From Lingula anatina (lineage: Eukaryota; Animalia; Brachiopoda), in the NCBI GenBank assembly GCA_051362555.1, contig CM120649.1:18304567-18368566 (forward strand): a stretch of 64,000 bases of DNA, written 5' to 3'. Of the stretch, positions 26,101-40,390 are shown in pieces. The translations under genes were made by a program, and so were the position numbers. Below the pieces are notes generated by a model, which was given only the letters and a program-made list of their open reading frames with translations, was not told where the DNA came from and did not search any database. Every line of letters starts with the position of its first letter. The stretch's first letter is position 1.

Positions 26101-28293
26101 AATGTAGGCACAGATGATGTGTTAATTTTATTTACCATAGAGAGAGACAGTTAATAACAAAGACAGCAGGAGAGAAGATTTCAGTAGTATAATGATCTTA
26201 ACATGTACTGCATTTGTTAAAGGTGTATTTAAATATTTTGTTATTAAAATAACAAAAATAAAAAATTGGTACTTTTTTTTTTTTACTTTGACCCTTACCT
26301 CTCTGTTAATGATTTACCATTATAAATATAATATAAAGGTTAAGATTATCCTCTCTTCTGACCAATTTGTATTCAATTTAAAATTTATGATTTTGTCTTA
26401 AGGCACCTTTTTATGTTGTGTAGTCCACAGCACTTTTTCTGGATGTTAGTTTCTCAATAAATGAATATTATTCAATTTGTTCTCTGTAGATCATGAGGTG
26501 TTCATATTATATTGCTGGCACATTATTCCAGGCCATGAGAGCAGTTTACGTATTCTTGAAGCAGCTAGCTCTGGAAAGTCTCATGCTGTGTGATAAGTTC
26601 ACCTTGAACAACACAGTGCCTGTTCAGTTTGCAGAAGCCGAGGAGGTGAGTTTTATGTGTTTGTGTGTATGCATATCTTTATATATGTGCATGTGTGTGT
26701 TCATATATGCATGATCACATGTACGATTGTGGCCGTGAAAATAATTGTCACAGTCACTGCTCTGTAACTGCATTTACTGTTTCTTTGTGTGTGTGTGTGG
26801 GCCCATGTAAGTTCATTCTAGTGCATCAGAAACACAAGTTTCTCTTCGACTTACAACATTAAGATTTTGGGATCCTGAGGGCAAAGATGCCCTCTCTCCC
26901 TCCTCCTTTTCTCTTCTCTCTCTCTGTTTTGCACATAGTCAAGTGAGGTTCCAAACTGAATCTGATGTGAACGCTACTTTGATGTTTCAGGTTGTTTGCC
27001 AGGACTTGAAGCAGTGTATAAAGGATTGTAAAGATGACTGGGCAGAGAGTGAGGAAGATATTAACAATGTATTGAAGGACCAGATACAGGTACATATTTT
27101 AGAAAAAAAGTAAATTATTTAAAAACCATTAGAGGAATTTACAAAAAAAAGTTCTGCTGAACTTGGAAATTACTAATGTCGCATTCCCAACCTGCTGAAT
27201 TACTAGACCTCAGATCAAAAAATGGCACACCCTTGACAATGGATTCCTGAATCCCATGCCCACTGTGCTAGCTTAGGCAGAGCAATTAAATCTTGGCATG
27301 TTTTAAAGTGAGCCGGGCATTATTTGACCCTTGAATCAGTTAGTTCATGGATCAACTGGTTGTGAATGCTTTCTTAGTTAACATAGCTATCACATGCACA
27401 TCCAAAAGTGAAAGTGAAACTTCATTTTTGTTTAGTTTCAAACAATAACATTTTGTCTGTAGGAGGAAATTCACAAACTGTAGAAAAGAAATTATGATCC
27501 AGGTCCTGATAATTTGATATGAATATTGAATCACAACAGTGAGTAATGCTGATTGTAGGGTTTATTATATGGTACACAATAAGAACATAGAATATGGCTC
27601 TCTGGTGCAGTTACATGTGTGTTACATTACATGAGAGAGGGTTTAAAGACAAAGATTGCTGTTTAGTGGTACAAAATACTGGACTTAATTATATTTTGCT
27701 GGAGTTTTGTAAATTGTTTTTCTTTTTCTAAAAAGCTCCAAAGTTTTTAAACTGCAACGTTTTCCATTCGTTCCAAACACCTGCACTTGAACAATGTGCA
27801 TTTTTCCCCAGTTCTTTCAACTGTGAATACAAACATTCTGGACCTTATACATACATGTATATGTATGTCTATGTCCTATGATACTTACAGTATATCTGTG
27901 ATAAGACTGTCAGGTTCCATTTTCATTTTGAATCATTAATGATTACTGTAATACATTACTGTATTAATGAATATTGTATTACAGAATCACAGAGTCATCA
28001 AACTCCCCAAAACTAGGCGAAGCTCACAGCAGCAAGTGACGTCCAATCAGAAGGCAGAAATAGAACACGTGATCCTCCATCGCTCTGAAGAAATTGTGCG
28101 TAAAATCATGCTCCAGATGGCGGACAAGTGCTCAGAGAGTCGTTGCTCGGCTTCCAAAGAGGCTCTGGCCAGTCTTTATAATTGGATATATAGAGAATTA
28201 CGCAAGAGCCAGGTGACCAATCACAACAGAGAGGAACAAAATAATCGAAATTCTGGCACAGCAGGCAGATCTGAAGAGTGGGAGTTTATATAG
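20200..28293 (+). CDS. Double-FYVE zinc-finger protein (~615 aa), Vac1/Pep7/rabenosyn-like. Exons: 20200-20317, 20865-20970, 21233-21323, 22275-22420, 22998-23136, 23761-23958, 24437-24640, 25164-25259, 25576-25683, 25981-26103, 26532-26645, 26991-27089, 27985-28293
   Basis: Phase-compatible GT-AG exons give FYVE1 [39 protein letters not shown] and FYVE2 YWE..CCYC..FGLLQNRRHPCTVCGFMACGDC..LRICSQC, followed by helical regions. Confidence 0.85.
21415..21570. mobile_element. 156-bp hAT-like MITE (copy 1)
   Basis: CAGTGTT...AACACTG ends, near-perfect 8-bp TSD ATAATAAT/ATAATGAT; reverse-complement homolog at 38409-38564. Confidence 0.75.
21927..22260. repeat. 18-bp minisatellite (ACACTGTCACATCCAACA-like, ~18 units) between two copies of a splice acceptor
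   Basis: Directly visible; explains spurious ORF 21904-22383. Confidence 0.92.
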
Positions 28294-29728
28294 AAGTTCG
28301 AGTCTTTACACTGGACATTGCCCTTTCTGCGTTCTTTGTGTGACCATGAAACTGACATCGCTGTGGTCATTAAAAGGAGGCACAAACATCTTTTTGGTTG
28401 CAAAAATGATTGCTCAGTGATCAGCCAGTATGTATATTTATTTTTTTACTCACAAACAGAGCCTCACTATAGGACGCAGAAGGGACACCATCCGGTGTGA
28501 ATGGGGCTTTACTGTGATAGAAACATAGGGCAGGAGATGGATGCTCCACTGAATCAAAATTGGATCTGGGGTCCATGCATTAATGGTTAAAGGTCCACCT
28601 TTTCAAAAGAAAAGCCACCGTCCTCTGAAATTTTATGCTGTGGGCCCATGATGCAGTTAAAATGCTCATGACTTTTGACTTAAAATTTGCTGAAACATGT
28701 AGTACAAGAATGATTGATTTTATTAATCAGTGACATCTGATAATGTACACATACATGTCTAATTGCTTATCTGTGATGGTTTGCTGCACATTCCTTTTAT
28801 CTAGTTACAAACACTAGTAGTGACTTACATAGTACTAGTACGTAAGTCTCTCGCATATTAATTAGCTTGAGTACTTTTTTATGGCAGCAGCTAATACTTA
28901 ATCTATTACATAACTTGAGTAGTACTTTAATGTTGAAAGATTAATTTTTGATACAAGAGCTTTAATTTGTATACATCTTATGTGAATGGAATGTGCATAT
29001 AACTTGTAGTTATTAGTAACATTTGATGTACTTAATAACCATACTCAGAATGTTAAACATAATGTTCTTATATTATGAATAAAAGTCAGTCATTGTTATG
29101 TGCTTCTACATCAGTAAAAACAGTCTACAGGGACCGTGCACTAATTACTTTAAGGTTGATACAAATACCTTTATATTCATTTATATTTATTTGTAACCAT
29201 CTGATCTGATATCACATTAAAATACTGAAATATAAATCACTATGTACTAATAAAATCTTTCCCTTTTTGCATAAATCCATGCTTCAGTAAAAACAATTCA
29301 CATATCACAATATCACAATCACTTTAACTAGAACTTATATGCTGTTTACATAAACACTCTTGAAAAGCAGTGTTATCTTATTTTAGTAGATAAATCAATA
29401 GATAGATCAACAAAGTCTCTGGTAGCTAACTGCAAAGTGGAGATAGTAGATATACTGTTAAAAATCTTTTAAATCATCATACTCTCAGAAACATATAATA
29501 TTATGATTTTACAATCCCCCCCCCAAAAAAAAAATTGTATTTCTATGCATGTAGGATTTGTGGTGCTTTTACTGATAGATAACAGAACTACCAGTACAGA
29601 GTAGCTTGCTTTTTAATTTTGTTGCTACATGTACCACTCCACAGGAATATGTTTAATTAAAAATATGAATAAAAAATACAGTACCTGTAAAATTTACAAT
29701 TTTCCCTGACTGGAAAGATCAAATAATA

Positions 29729-29783
<55 letters not shown>

Positions 29784-31344
29784 TGTATATAAAATCACAA
29801 CTTCGTCAAACGGAAACAAAATCAGAACAGAGTAGACATCTGTTAAAGTAAAACACTGCTTAATATTAAAATCACTACTTTGTGAAGTAGATATTATACA
29901 CTGTATATTGCATATATAAAGATATAATTTTAATTAAAAAAATAGTATAAAATAAAATTAATTAAAATATCACTAAAGTTCAGGGTGTATATGCCTACCA
30001 TACAACACCAATTTTAAAGCCTTAAAAATTAAGGCAATCATTTCACAACCAAATAATTATGATAAACTGAAACCTGAAAAAAAGATATATTGTCATTTCA
30101 TCTGATGACATATATACTAATACACATGTTCTATCTGAAATGAAGCATATTATATGATAACAGTCTGTTTATCCTATAGCATATCAAGGTTGGACACACA
30201 GGTTAACCAAGCTGCTCCTCTATCTCCCCCAACCATAGTTACCTCTCATACAGCTTATAGTTCATCATGGCCCCCTTCATGAAACCTTATATGATATACA
30301 CATGTGTAGTACACCATGTATATTAGGCATGTTTTCAACTAACCTGACAGTGTGTAAATATCAAAAGTCAAAACTTTCAGTCATTAACCTTTCTATTTTC
30401 TCCGTCCATAATAATTAAGATAACCGTATTCTGTAACTGTCTGCTTCTTGTCTGTGTTTCTTAAGCAAAATACCCACACTTCTTGAATCTTAAAAATAGC
30501 ACTATTCCCTTTGTTTGGTCATGCACTTGGTAGCAGCATTGTCAAAATTATATTTGCCAGTGATGTTGGTTGAAGAAAATAGATCTTTCACGGACACACA
30601 CACAAAAAAAAAAAAAAATAATAATAAAATAATAAATAAATAAATAAATAAACTCTACGATATAACATCATTATCCTAATGAACTTATTTTTACACCCAA
30701 GATATATATTTTGAATGTAAACTGCAAGCATTTACAAGTATCGATATATTCATTAATGCCGATCAAAGTGATCGTAACCATAAGCACCTTCCTCTCAAAA
30801 GAATAAATAAAAACTCACATTATAATAAGCTATATAAAAACTAAGTTTAAAGCAACCAACAGGTGTAAATGAGCTTCTCACGCAAAACAATATTGACAAT
30901 AAATAATAAATAAATGAAATATGTGGTCCATCATAATTATTTCAAAACTCTGCTCAACAGAGTTGAAAGTTGACCTTTTAAAAAATCCTGAAAATGCAAG
31001 CAACAGTGGTCTGGATCGAGGGCATAAATACAGCACCGCAACACCAAAATATCTGAATACTTAGACTTATCCCTACACAATTTCCTATAGGATGCCCTTT
31101 AGGAAAAATGTGCAAAAGGACCTCTACAGCGAGGAATTTGAGCAGATGTCCTACATGGTCTGGTAGGACATCCTTTGGGGCCATATAGAATATTGGGTCA
31201 ATTTCCTATAGGACATTACCATAAGGGTTCATCTCAAGTTCAAGGAAGTGACTTGTCACATATGGTGAGAACTATGCAGCTACTTCAGGACTCTGAATTT
31301 GTCTAAGTGCTGGTTGTTCATCAGGTCTCATGGCTTCATCTGAG

Positions 31345-34300
31345 CTATATGACTCCATCCTCAGGTTTCACTGCCAGAAGATCAGCCAGATCACGCCGAC
31401 CCTGGTCAACAAAGCATTGTCGCAGGTGCTCCACAGGATCCTTATCCAAAGAGCACTTCAATACCTTACGTAGTAATAGACTGCATTTGTCTGATGATGT
31501 TTGCTGGCCTTCAATTTCCTCCATGTCTGACTCACTAATGATGCCCTTTGAAAATAGAGAATCTAACAGTCTCCTAATATCAAATCCTTTGGCAACCATG
31601 CAGGGCAAGTTTTTTCGCAAATTCTCCCATTCAACCTCATAAAATCTTGCTTTCTGGAAAAATAAATATGTACAGTGCTTAAAAATTACCCGAATGACTT
31701 TATATTTCTAAACACACATAACTGATATTTTGAAAATAAAAGTACTCATTGCTTTAGTAAAAATTTATTCCTGCAAAAAAAAAAAAAAAAAACTTTCTTT
31801 TTGCTTCTTACTTTAATTACAACTGTCCATAAATGTACTATCCCCCCCCCCAAAAAAAAAAAAAAACTTACTGAAACGTCCTCAATCACGTCCTCTATTT
31901 TAGATGGATTCACATTTTCTTTCACTCTCTCTCCAATCCTCCTCAGCAGCCATATAAGTTGCAGAAAGGAACACTGCAGATGGCCAAAGATAAATTCCAC
32001 AGGTTCTTTAGGACAGCAATCATTCTCTAACCGAAGTTCAAGTACAACAGCTTCCCACACCCCTGGAATCTTAAAAATGCGATCCAAGTTGGCTTTTGCT
32101 CCCAAAGGCAGATACCGCTGTAAAACATGTACAGGAGCAGGTGGTGCAACACTCATCAGCCCCTTATCTCCATTGTGATGAATTGACAGTGGCCCTATGT
32201 TTTGAACAAAGATTGGTTGCCCTGCTGTCTCCATCCATCTGGCACCAGCACAACAAGTGGCAGCCATATTTGTTTGCCTCACATCTGCACAGAGAGTCTG
32301 AGCTAGATCTGGTCTGCCATAAAGCTGGGCACACAAGGCTTGGTGTGGGTGCTGTTGCTGTGATGAAAGATTTGGAAACTGCTGATGTTGCTGCTGTTGA
32401 CACTGCAACTGATATTTCATTAGCTGTTCAGACAGTTCTAGTTCAGATGGTGTTTCAACTTTTGGATACGCCTCATAATCTTGGTTTATTGGTACTGATG
32501 GTGTAACCAATACAGATGAAGAAGATGAAATGTGTGGTGGTGTTTGAATAATCGGATTTGCAACTACATTTGAATGTTGCTCTGATTTTATAAAAGGTTT
32601 TTTCATGTGGCCTTCAACTTGTGGAACTGATAATGGAGTGTTACTTGTGAAAAGCTGCGTTGGATCACTCAAAGGTTCAGAAGGTTTAGCTTCTGAGGGT
32701 GACAACTGGGCAGATTCAGACAAGCTTAATTGCTCAAGATTACCATGTGGTGATGGAAGGCTGACCTCAGCTGGGTTCTGTTCTCCTTGCATTAGCTGTG
32801 TTGATTGTGCCATTGCATTAGGTGAGCCAGTCATTGTTCCAGGTATGATGAACAAGGAGTTGTTTGACTCTCCCTGGTCAACAGATGGCATTGGGAGAGA
32901 GGCTATATTCCATTCTGATGATGGATGATGAGCTAGTTTCTCTGGAGCCTGGTCATTAGGTGTTTGTTGTAACTGCTGCATAGGTGCACGTGGTTGGGCT
33001 TGTTCTAGTGGAACATTTACCTGTGCCTGAGGAAAGGGTGTCTCTATCAAAGTGGTATTTGGCTTTTTTTGCTTCTGACGTGGATCTGGACCACTAGAAT
33101 GTGGAGGTTTGGGCAAATGTGGTATTAGCTGAGGATGTGAACCGCCATACACCTGTGGTGGTTGGTGTTGGGCATACGGGAACTGACCCTGCAGTTGTGG
33201 ATGTTGCATATATGCCCCAGCACCATGTGTAGTGTGGTGGGACTGCCCTGGAGCTGGGAGACCCCACTGTGTCTGATGGGGAACTGAGGGATTCAGAGTC
33301 CACGGTTGATGAAATGGTTCTGAGAACACTGGGCCGGAAAGACCCAAATGTTTGGGCAATAAAGGGTGCAGAAGTGGCTGTTGCTGCAAAGGTCCTGAGG
33401 TGTTCTGTAACTGGTTTCCTAAAAGGGACCTTGTGTCTTGATGTGACAACTGAAGAGCTTGTATGTTGAGTTGTTCAGTGCCAGGTACCTTTGTTATCTG
33501 AAAGATATTAGACACTCATTTGATGTAAATATAAATTTTTCAATCTATTCTTTAGTATGTCCACTATTATGTTGTCAATCTCTCATAATGTGAAAAGGAC
33601 CTTAGTTTTACACCACTATAAATGTCATTCCTTAGCTGAGAGTGTGGGTGCCCATGTGCAGTGACCCTCCTACAATGTACTAAAAGACAACTCCCACAGT
33701 TTTCTATGCGCAAAAAGATACATGTAACCCCCAAACAAATCCACAGATCGATTAGTTTCCCCTGTACAATATGTCATCACCTTATGTAATGGGCGGTTCA
33801 CTTTAAACTCTACTGACGACAGCCTTGCCTCTTTACCCTTGAGGCCCTGTTGGGCCACCAATATTTTGCTGGTGAAAAATTTGGGGAATGGTGTGGTAGA
33901 GTCAGGGTTTAAAGAAAAGGCACAATATGGATTGCTGTCATCTATCATCGTCTGGTAATCCAATGCCTGAAATGATTAAATACTTATTAGAAACATGTTG
34001 TTTTGGAATAATGATTTAAATTTTACCACCCAACACACTGCATGAGAAAGCTTTAAACAGTATATGGATTAGAAAAAAACTATTATAAAGAACTATAATG
34101 AAGATTTTAAAATAAGGAGTAAGATAAATACGTGTACTATAACATGCACACAAGGTATTATATTCGAAAAAAAAAATTGATAAATATGTGATAGATTGGT
34201 GACATATGTTACTGTTTTTCTGATATATTTCCACTGACAAAAAAATTTCAATCTCTCTTGGTCACAGTTATACCTGTTCACCTTCCCCTGTCAAAGTCCA

Positions 34301-37300
34301 TCCTTGATAGTCCTTAAGTGTGACCAGTACATCATGATTATCTTCACATACAACATGGTCACTGTTGTCATGGTCGCCATCACCTTGGTCACCATCACTT
34401 TGGTCACCATCACTATGGGGACAGATGTACAGCCTGAATAACTTATCAGGCATTATACGCTTGAAACCCACCTCTTCCATCCTACTGTTAAGATCCTGGA
34501 ATATTGAATTTAGATCATATTGTCCCAAATAACACAATATATAACCTCAGTGATGTTTTCCAAATAACACAATAAATAACCCCAATGACGTCTCTCAACT
34601 AACACAATATATAACCTCAGTGATGTCTCTAAACTAACACAATATATATAACCTCAATGGTATTTCACACCTGACACAACATAATAATCAGTTTATTTTT
34701 GTCCCACACTTTCACATTACCATAACTTCATTGGGAGTAGCACTGATGCAATTGACTACAATCTGAAGCAGCTTCGTTTCAAGATCAAATTCGCCAAATA
34801 CTGCAGCCCGCATCCTTCTACTATTCGCTGAAGTGGTATATTTACATAGATTCCACAAAGCTGCAGTGCATCTGGTGACAAAGGACATGAAAATATGTAC
34901 ATAAAACATTCACTGTGTATTAATAAACAGCAATGCCAATTTAATCTAAATAGTACACAGAAGCTGAATTTGAATGTAAAAGTTTCAATGATTTACCAAA
35001 GAGCAATATATATATGTTGTGTTTAATCAGGTGTGTGTGTGTTTGCTTCTACTGAATATCTTCATATTCCATTAAAAACTGTTTTAACAATATATAGCTG
35101 AAATCTTAATAAGCAAAGGGTCACTCACCAAAGAATATTTATTTTGTAAATACACACACGTATTTAAACATTTTTGTCTTTTTTTACTTAAAAGCAAAAT
35201 ATCAGTACCTGGTTTGGCTGTAGATAACAACAGGGTCATTCTCATCAGTTGTCCACTTACAAGTCCCCAGCAAGTCAGTTTTAGATGTCCAGAACTTCTT
35301 CTCCTTCTCTGCATCATCAACATGTGGAATACAGTGAGGAAAACTCAGATATACTGGTTTCTGAAACGTTAAGCTGTGAGGACCAATTACCACAATGGGG
35401 CTTGTTCTTGTCTGCTTGTCTGCCAAATGAGGGTTGTCACCTGGTCTCCAGCTGACTCCAAGGTACATCTCTGTTTCTGTACCTTCAGGAAGGGAACCCC
35501 CTGGTACCACAAGTGTAACCCCCACTTCCTTTAAGTGAATATAGCCACCGTTATGATCCATAGTGAACTTTTGAATGTAGATTCCTGATAAAATCAGTGC
35601 CAATTCAAGGTCACTTTCCTGTTTGATTGTGTCCTCCTGAGCCAATGCAGTATCTGTAAAAAATGAAAAAGTAGGTTTACCTGTAAAAGATGTGGACTCA
35701 CAGCTAAATTGTTTAACTTATGAATTTGTAACCAAATTTAATAACCAACCCAGTGGGCAAAATATGTTGTTTTAACATTGAAACAACATTGAACCATAAC
35801 GTTGATAAGACGTTGGATAAACATTGGATTTGAAAGTTGACTCAACCTCAGATAACAACGTTGTATCAATGTCAGATAACAACATTGTATCAACCCCAGT
35901 TGTTAGACAACATTCTTGCATGCAAAGACATTGAAATGACCTGAGGGTAGGGGTATAAAAGTATGACCATTAAGTTAAAATTTCCAAGGTTTAGGTTAAT
36001 ATACACTATAGCTAATAAGTCCCCGGTCACTTTAATAGCACACGCTGTCTACATCAGACGCGCTAATGCGCACGTCCCCGACAGTGTTAATGATAGGGGG
36101 CTTACGATGGACAGCGCATGTTGCTCACAGCAGTAGGCACTGCCGCCGAAGTTAAACCGGTAATTAAGTCTTTAACTTGACTAAACATGTTTTGCTTTGT
36201 AACTTGCGTCCTTCAGTCTTGCTGTTGCGGAAGCGCCGGCGGGACATATCTCCACCTTGCCGATATTTATCCCGACTCTCGACTTTAAAAGTATTATTGG
36301 TTTTGATTTTATCAAAGTCTTATTATATCAGAAAACCTGCATATTTTCATACGTTAAGAGAATTATAGAAATTGTAGAAAAAGCTACTCGTACATCAGGG
36401 ATAAAAAACAACACCTTGCAGCACTATTACCTATTATTCATCACCAGAAGTTACTGTTTCACTTTTTTCTCCCAAATTACAAAGTCTGATGACAACTGAA
36501 AGCCTTTAGCCTAACCTCAGGGCAGTGGGAGATAGTCTGGATTTGATTAAATGTAATAAAAGTATATTTTGAAGAATTTTCCTAGCCTTCGGCAATTTCC
36601 GCAAAGCTTCGGCATGCGCGGCAATACAGAGCTGTCGATATCTATATTCGTGAACAATAGAATTGGTGGAACAACGGTTAACGTCGTTGAGTCGTCTGCA
36701 ACCTACCCGACGGGAGTTCGTGTCCCTGACGGTACTTTTGAAGATTTTGAAATTGTCATTATTATAAATATCTATTAATATATAAAACAGTCGTGGCTAA
36801 TTGTTTTTGCAACGGAAAGCACAGTAGGAAGGTTTGTTGTTATTGTTAAAGTTATTATTACTGGGGACATAAATTAGTATGCTAATCTCTTATCAAGGTA
36901 TAATGATTGATACGATGGGTATCAAATAGTTTTCCTTTGATATAAACAACAAAAGAGCGGCCTTCCAAATATCTTTGCTGAATGTTTATAACGTAGGTAC
37001 TATTATGCGCAAAAATATTGATACATGACGCAAACGACATTTACTAATTTTGGTAATATCAATTTTAATTAAAATTAAATTTAATTGAAATTAAAATTAA
37101 AATTTGTCTAAACGTGCATATTACCATTCACCTTGTTTAAAGGGTTCGCAACACTTTACATTCTAATACATTTTGCCAATTTTCATGTTTGCTAGTTTAT
37201 TTTGATTTGAGAGAAAGCGAGAGAAGACCCTCTACTAGGGCCGCAAATTAATTATGAGTATTTTTCTTCAGTGCAAGAGGCTGTGTAATGAAAAATCAAT

Positions 37301-40300
37301 CTGTAACTCTGGTATAGGGTGGCCTTGTGTGTGTAATAATATACAAGTAGGGGCAGGGGTACAGTTTTATAGTACAAATAGTCATTTTATACATCTTATT
37401 GATCTCATCGTCGGGTCATTGTTTACAATAGCGCTTTGTCGCTGTGCGTACCTTTTTGCATTTGAGTTAGACTCAGTCAGTAACAGCTGGTGATTTTGTC
37501 TTTTTTGCGTTTCATTGACAATATTTTGGCCACCTAAGTAGGGAAATGTGGCTCTTTGTTTTGAAATGACATTTCCATTGTTCCTTTGAACATGCAAAAG
37601 TCAACACACTTACGTCAACATACTTACTTTGTAATACCAACCCAGGGGAAGAAACAAAAGCCTCATAAGGTGTCGTCATTCACACTGTAAAAGGTGTTAA
37701 TATCGTGGTTCTATTGTTTGCCCATGAATCATTATGACAAATTTGTAGGGTTGCCAGGTCACTGGCGCTTCATTCAATTCTCTATATCTGCCCTGCAGCC
37801 TGGGATGAGTGATACTTGACTGACCTTTGTTTACATCTGGAGATTTTCTTTATAATTCGATCAGTGTGCATAAATTATGATATTTTCCATCAGGAAAAAT
37901 ACGTGATAATGTTATGATTCTTATTTTACGGATACATATTTACAAAAATTAATTCCTGGTTTAATACCCCCTATTTCAGCGCCTATTCCTGGCTGCGTTA
38001 ATTATGGGGGGTTGGAAAGTAATCCGTTAGAACGCAGGAGTGATGATTGCTACTCTTACCAACGGTGCATCACCGATCAACTAATATCAGCCACCTGAAG
38101 CAGAATCACCAACAAAAGACAAATTGGACTACATCTGCCTTCTTGTCGAGACATCTTATTTAAAAAAGGCGATAACGGTCAAAACATACGTGCTTCGTGG
38201 TTTATTAAATGTTCATCGTATTTTTTCGTTCGTTATTCTTATGAGTTAAGCAGCTTCACCTCCGTGACACCCTTTTTATTTATTTAAACCATTGTTAGAT
38301 AAACCATGGGTTTCACTCCAGATTTCACGATCGAGCAGCTGATCATGAGGAGAGTGTAGCATGCTATAGTAAACTACCCCAAATATATATATATACAACA
38401 CCTCCAGGCAGTGTTTGCCTCTTAGGAAAATAAGTTGCTGGACCGAAAGCTCAGCCATCTTGAAAATTAGCTGGCTAGAATGCCTGCCAGGTGGGAAAAC
38501 TTCTCTGCCCGTTCTGAAAGTTGTCTGCCCCGGGCAGACGGTCCAGCCTTAATTTCTTACACTGCCTCCAGGGTTTCACGATCGAGCAAGTGATCATGAG
38601 GAGAGAGTGTAGCAGAGAACTTCATTAATGGTCGTTATAATTGGTGGTTGCCGTGGGAAAATGAGTTACATGATTACATAATACAGATACATAATAACAT
38701 AAGATTAATACTAAAATTTTCCCTGATACAAAAACCCCTATTTGAGCGCTTATTCCTGACTGCGTTAATTACGGGTGATTAGAAAGTAATCTATGAGGAC
38801 GCAGGAGCGATGATCGCTACTCTTACCAACGGTAAATCACCGATTTACTTGACTCCGCTACTTCGAGCAAAATCACACACCACCAAAAGACAAATTAGAC
38901 CACGTTCGTCCTCTTATTAAAACAAAGAATGTAACAATGTGATGTCGGTCAAAGAAGAGGCCTAGACTACGTGCTTCATGGTTTATTAGATAGGCCTATT
39001 CATTGGATTTTTTTATTTCATTATTATAGCTTCACCTCGCGAGACCCTTTTTTATATATTTAAAACACAGCACCCCACTGGTTTCGCGATCATGAAGAAA
39101 GGGAGTGTAGCAAAGAACCTCATTAATGGTCGTAATAATAGGTGGTTGCATTGTAGGCCTAACCTTGTTCATTTTAGTCGACAGACTAAGCTAGAAGAAA
39201 GAAAAGATCATTATCGCCTCTCTTTACTTAGGAACAATAAGGATGGCTAGTGACAGCATTTATAAGTTCTTTTATTTAGACCGATCCTTTGTCTGGGACT
39301 GCGTCCGAGAAACGGCGATAACGACAGAGACGTCCTCGAACATTTTGGACTCAGTGCAAATAAAAAAAAAATCCGTTAAGAAGTAGCCTTTAAATGTCCT
39401 GGCAAATAATTTTGCGATGGCTCAGAGAGTTCTAGAATGAATGACAAGCAACGACATTAGGGTTAATAATAGACTAAAAACTATCAGAGTGTAGGCCTGT
39501 CTTACTTCATTTCTAAGGCCATCTTGTGATACGAGTCATGCTACACTACAAAAGAGGGGGTAGCAGTGGATGATTTAATACAGGGATACCATCGATAGTA
39601 TATCAATAGAAAATCGCAATCCTCAAATGTTTTTTAATTCATTAAATATAAACGGTCTTTTCTCGTACAATGGGTCTGGTATAGTTGTATTAGCCTATCA
39701 GTTGGAAACACGTGGTTCGTCTACAATTGCAAATGGCGGAGGTGCCGTGGTAGTTATTGTCGTAAAATTAGCTGGATACGGTGCATTGAGAAAATTATTC
39801 ATTAAATTTAGTTTTCGAGCGTCAGCTTAATCTGGTAAAATGCGAGACGAAAAAAATGATAGATAGAGCCTTATGACCCACTGTAGAATGATGCCGAATA
39901 ATACATCAACGACGTAGTTTATCGGCAGATAAACCTGTTTCCATTCTCGGCTCACTGAGGAAAGGTTTGAGAGAGCATTTAAAGAAGAGGCGGTCGAACC
40001 AATAGTGAGTAGGAAGTGTGCTGCAATCAAGACGAACAATACCGATCATAAGTGGACAGCTAATAACCCCTAATTAACCCCGGGTTACGCGCTGCTGTGT
40101 TGACTCCTTGCTGGGAAGGGGTAGCGGCCTCCTACTGCTGTGCGTAATCAAACATTGTCTTCTAACATGCGGCTACACGACGGTTGCATTGTATTAATAA
40201 AGTAATACCTATTCATAAGGAAGGGGGCGGATGGTAATCTTACGAGAATTAAATCAGTTATCGATCATACGCGTACCAATAGTCGTGTTTTTTTTTAGCT

Positions 40301-40317
40301 ATACGGTATATGTATTT

Positions 40318-40390
<73 letters not shown>

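Noticed and set aside
34520-34680. ~40-bp intronic tandem repeat near a module A acceptor
   Set aside because: Does not include the splice site or exon sequence, so not counted as a junction echo.
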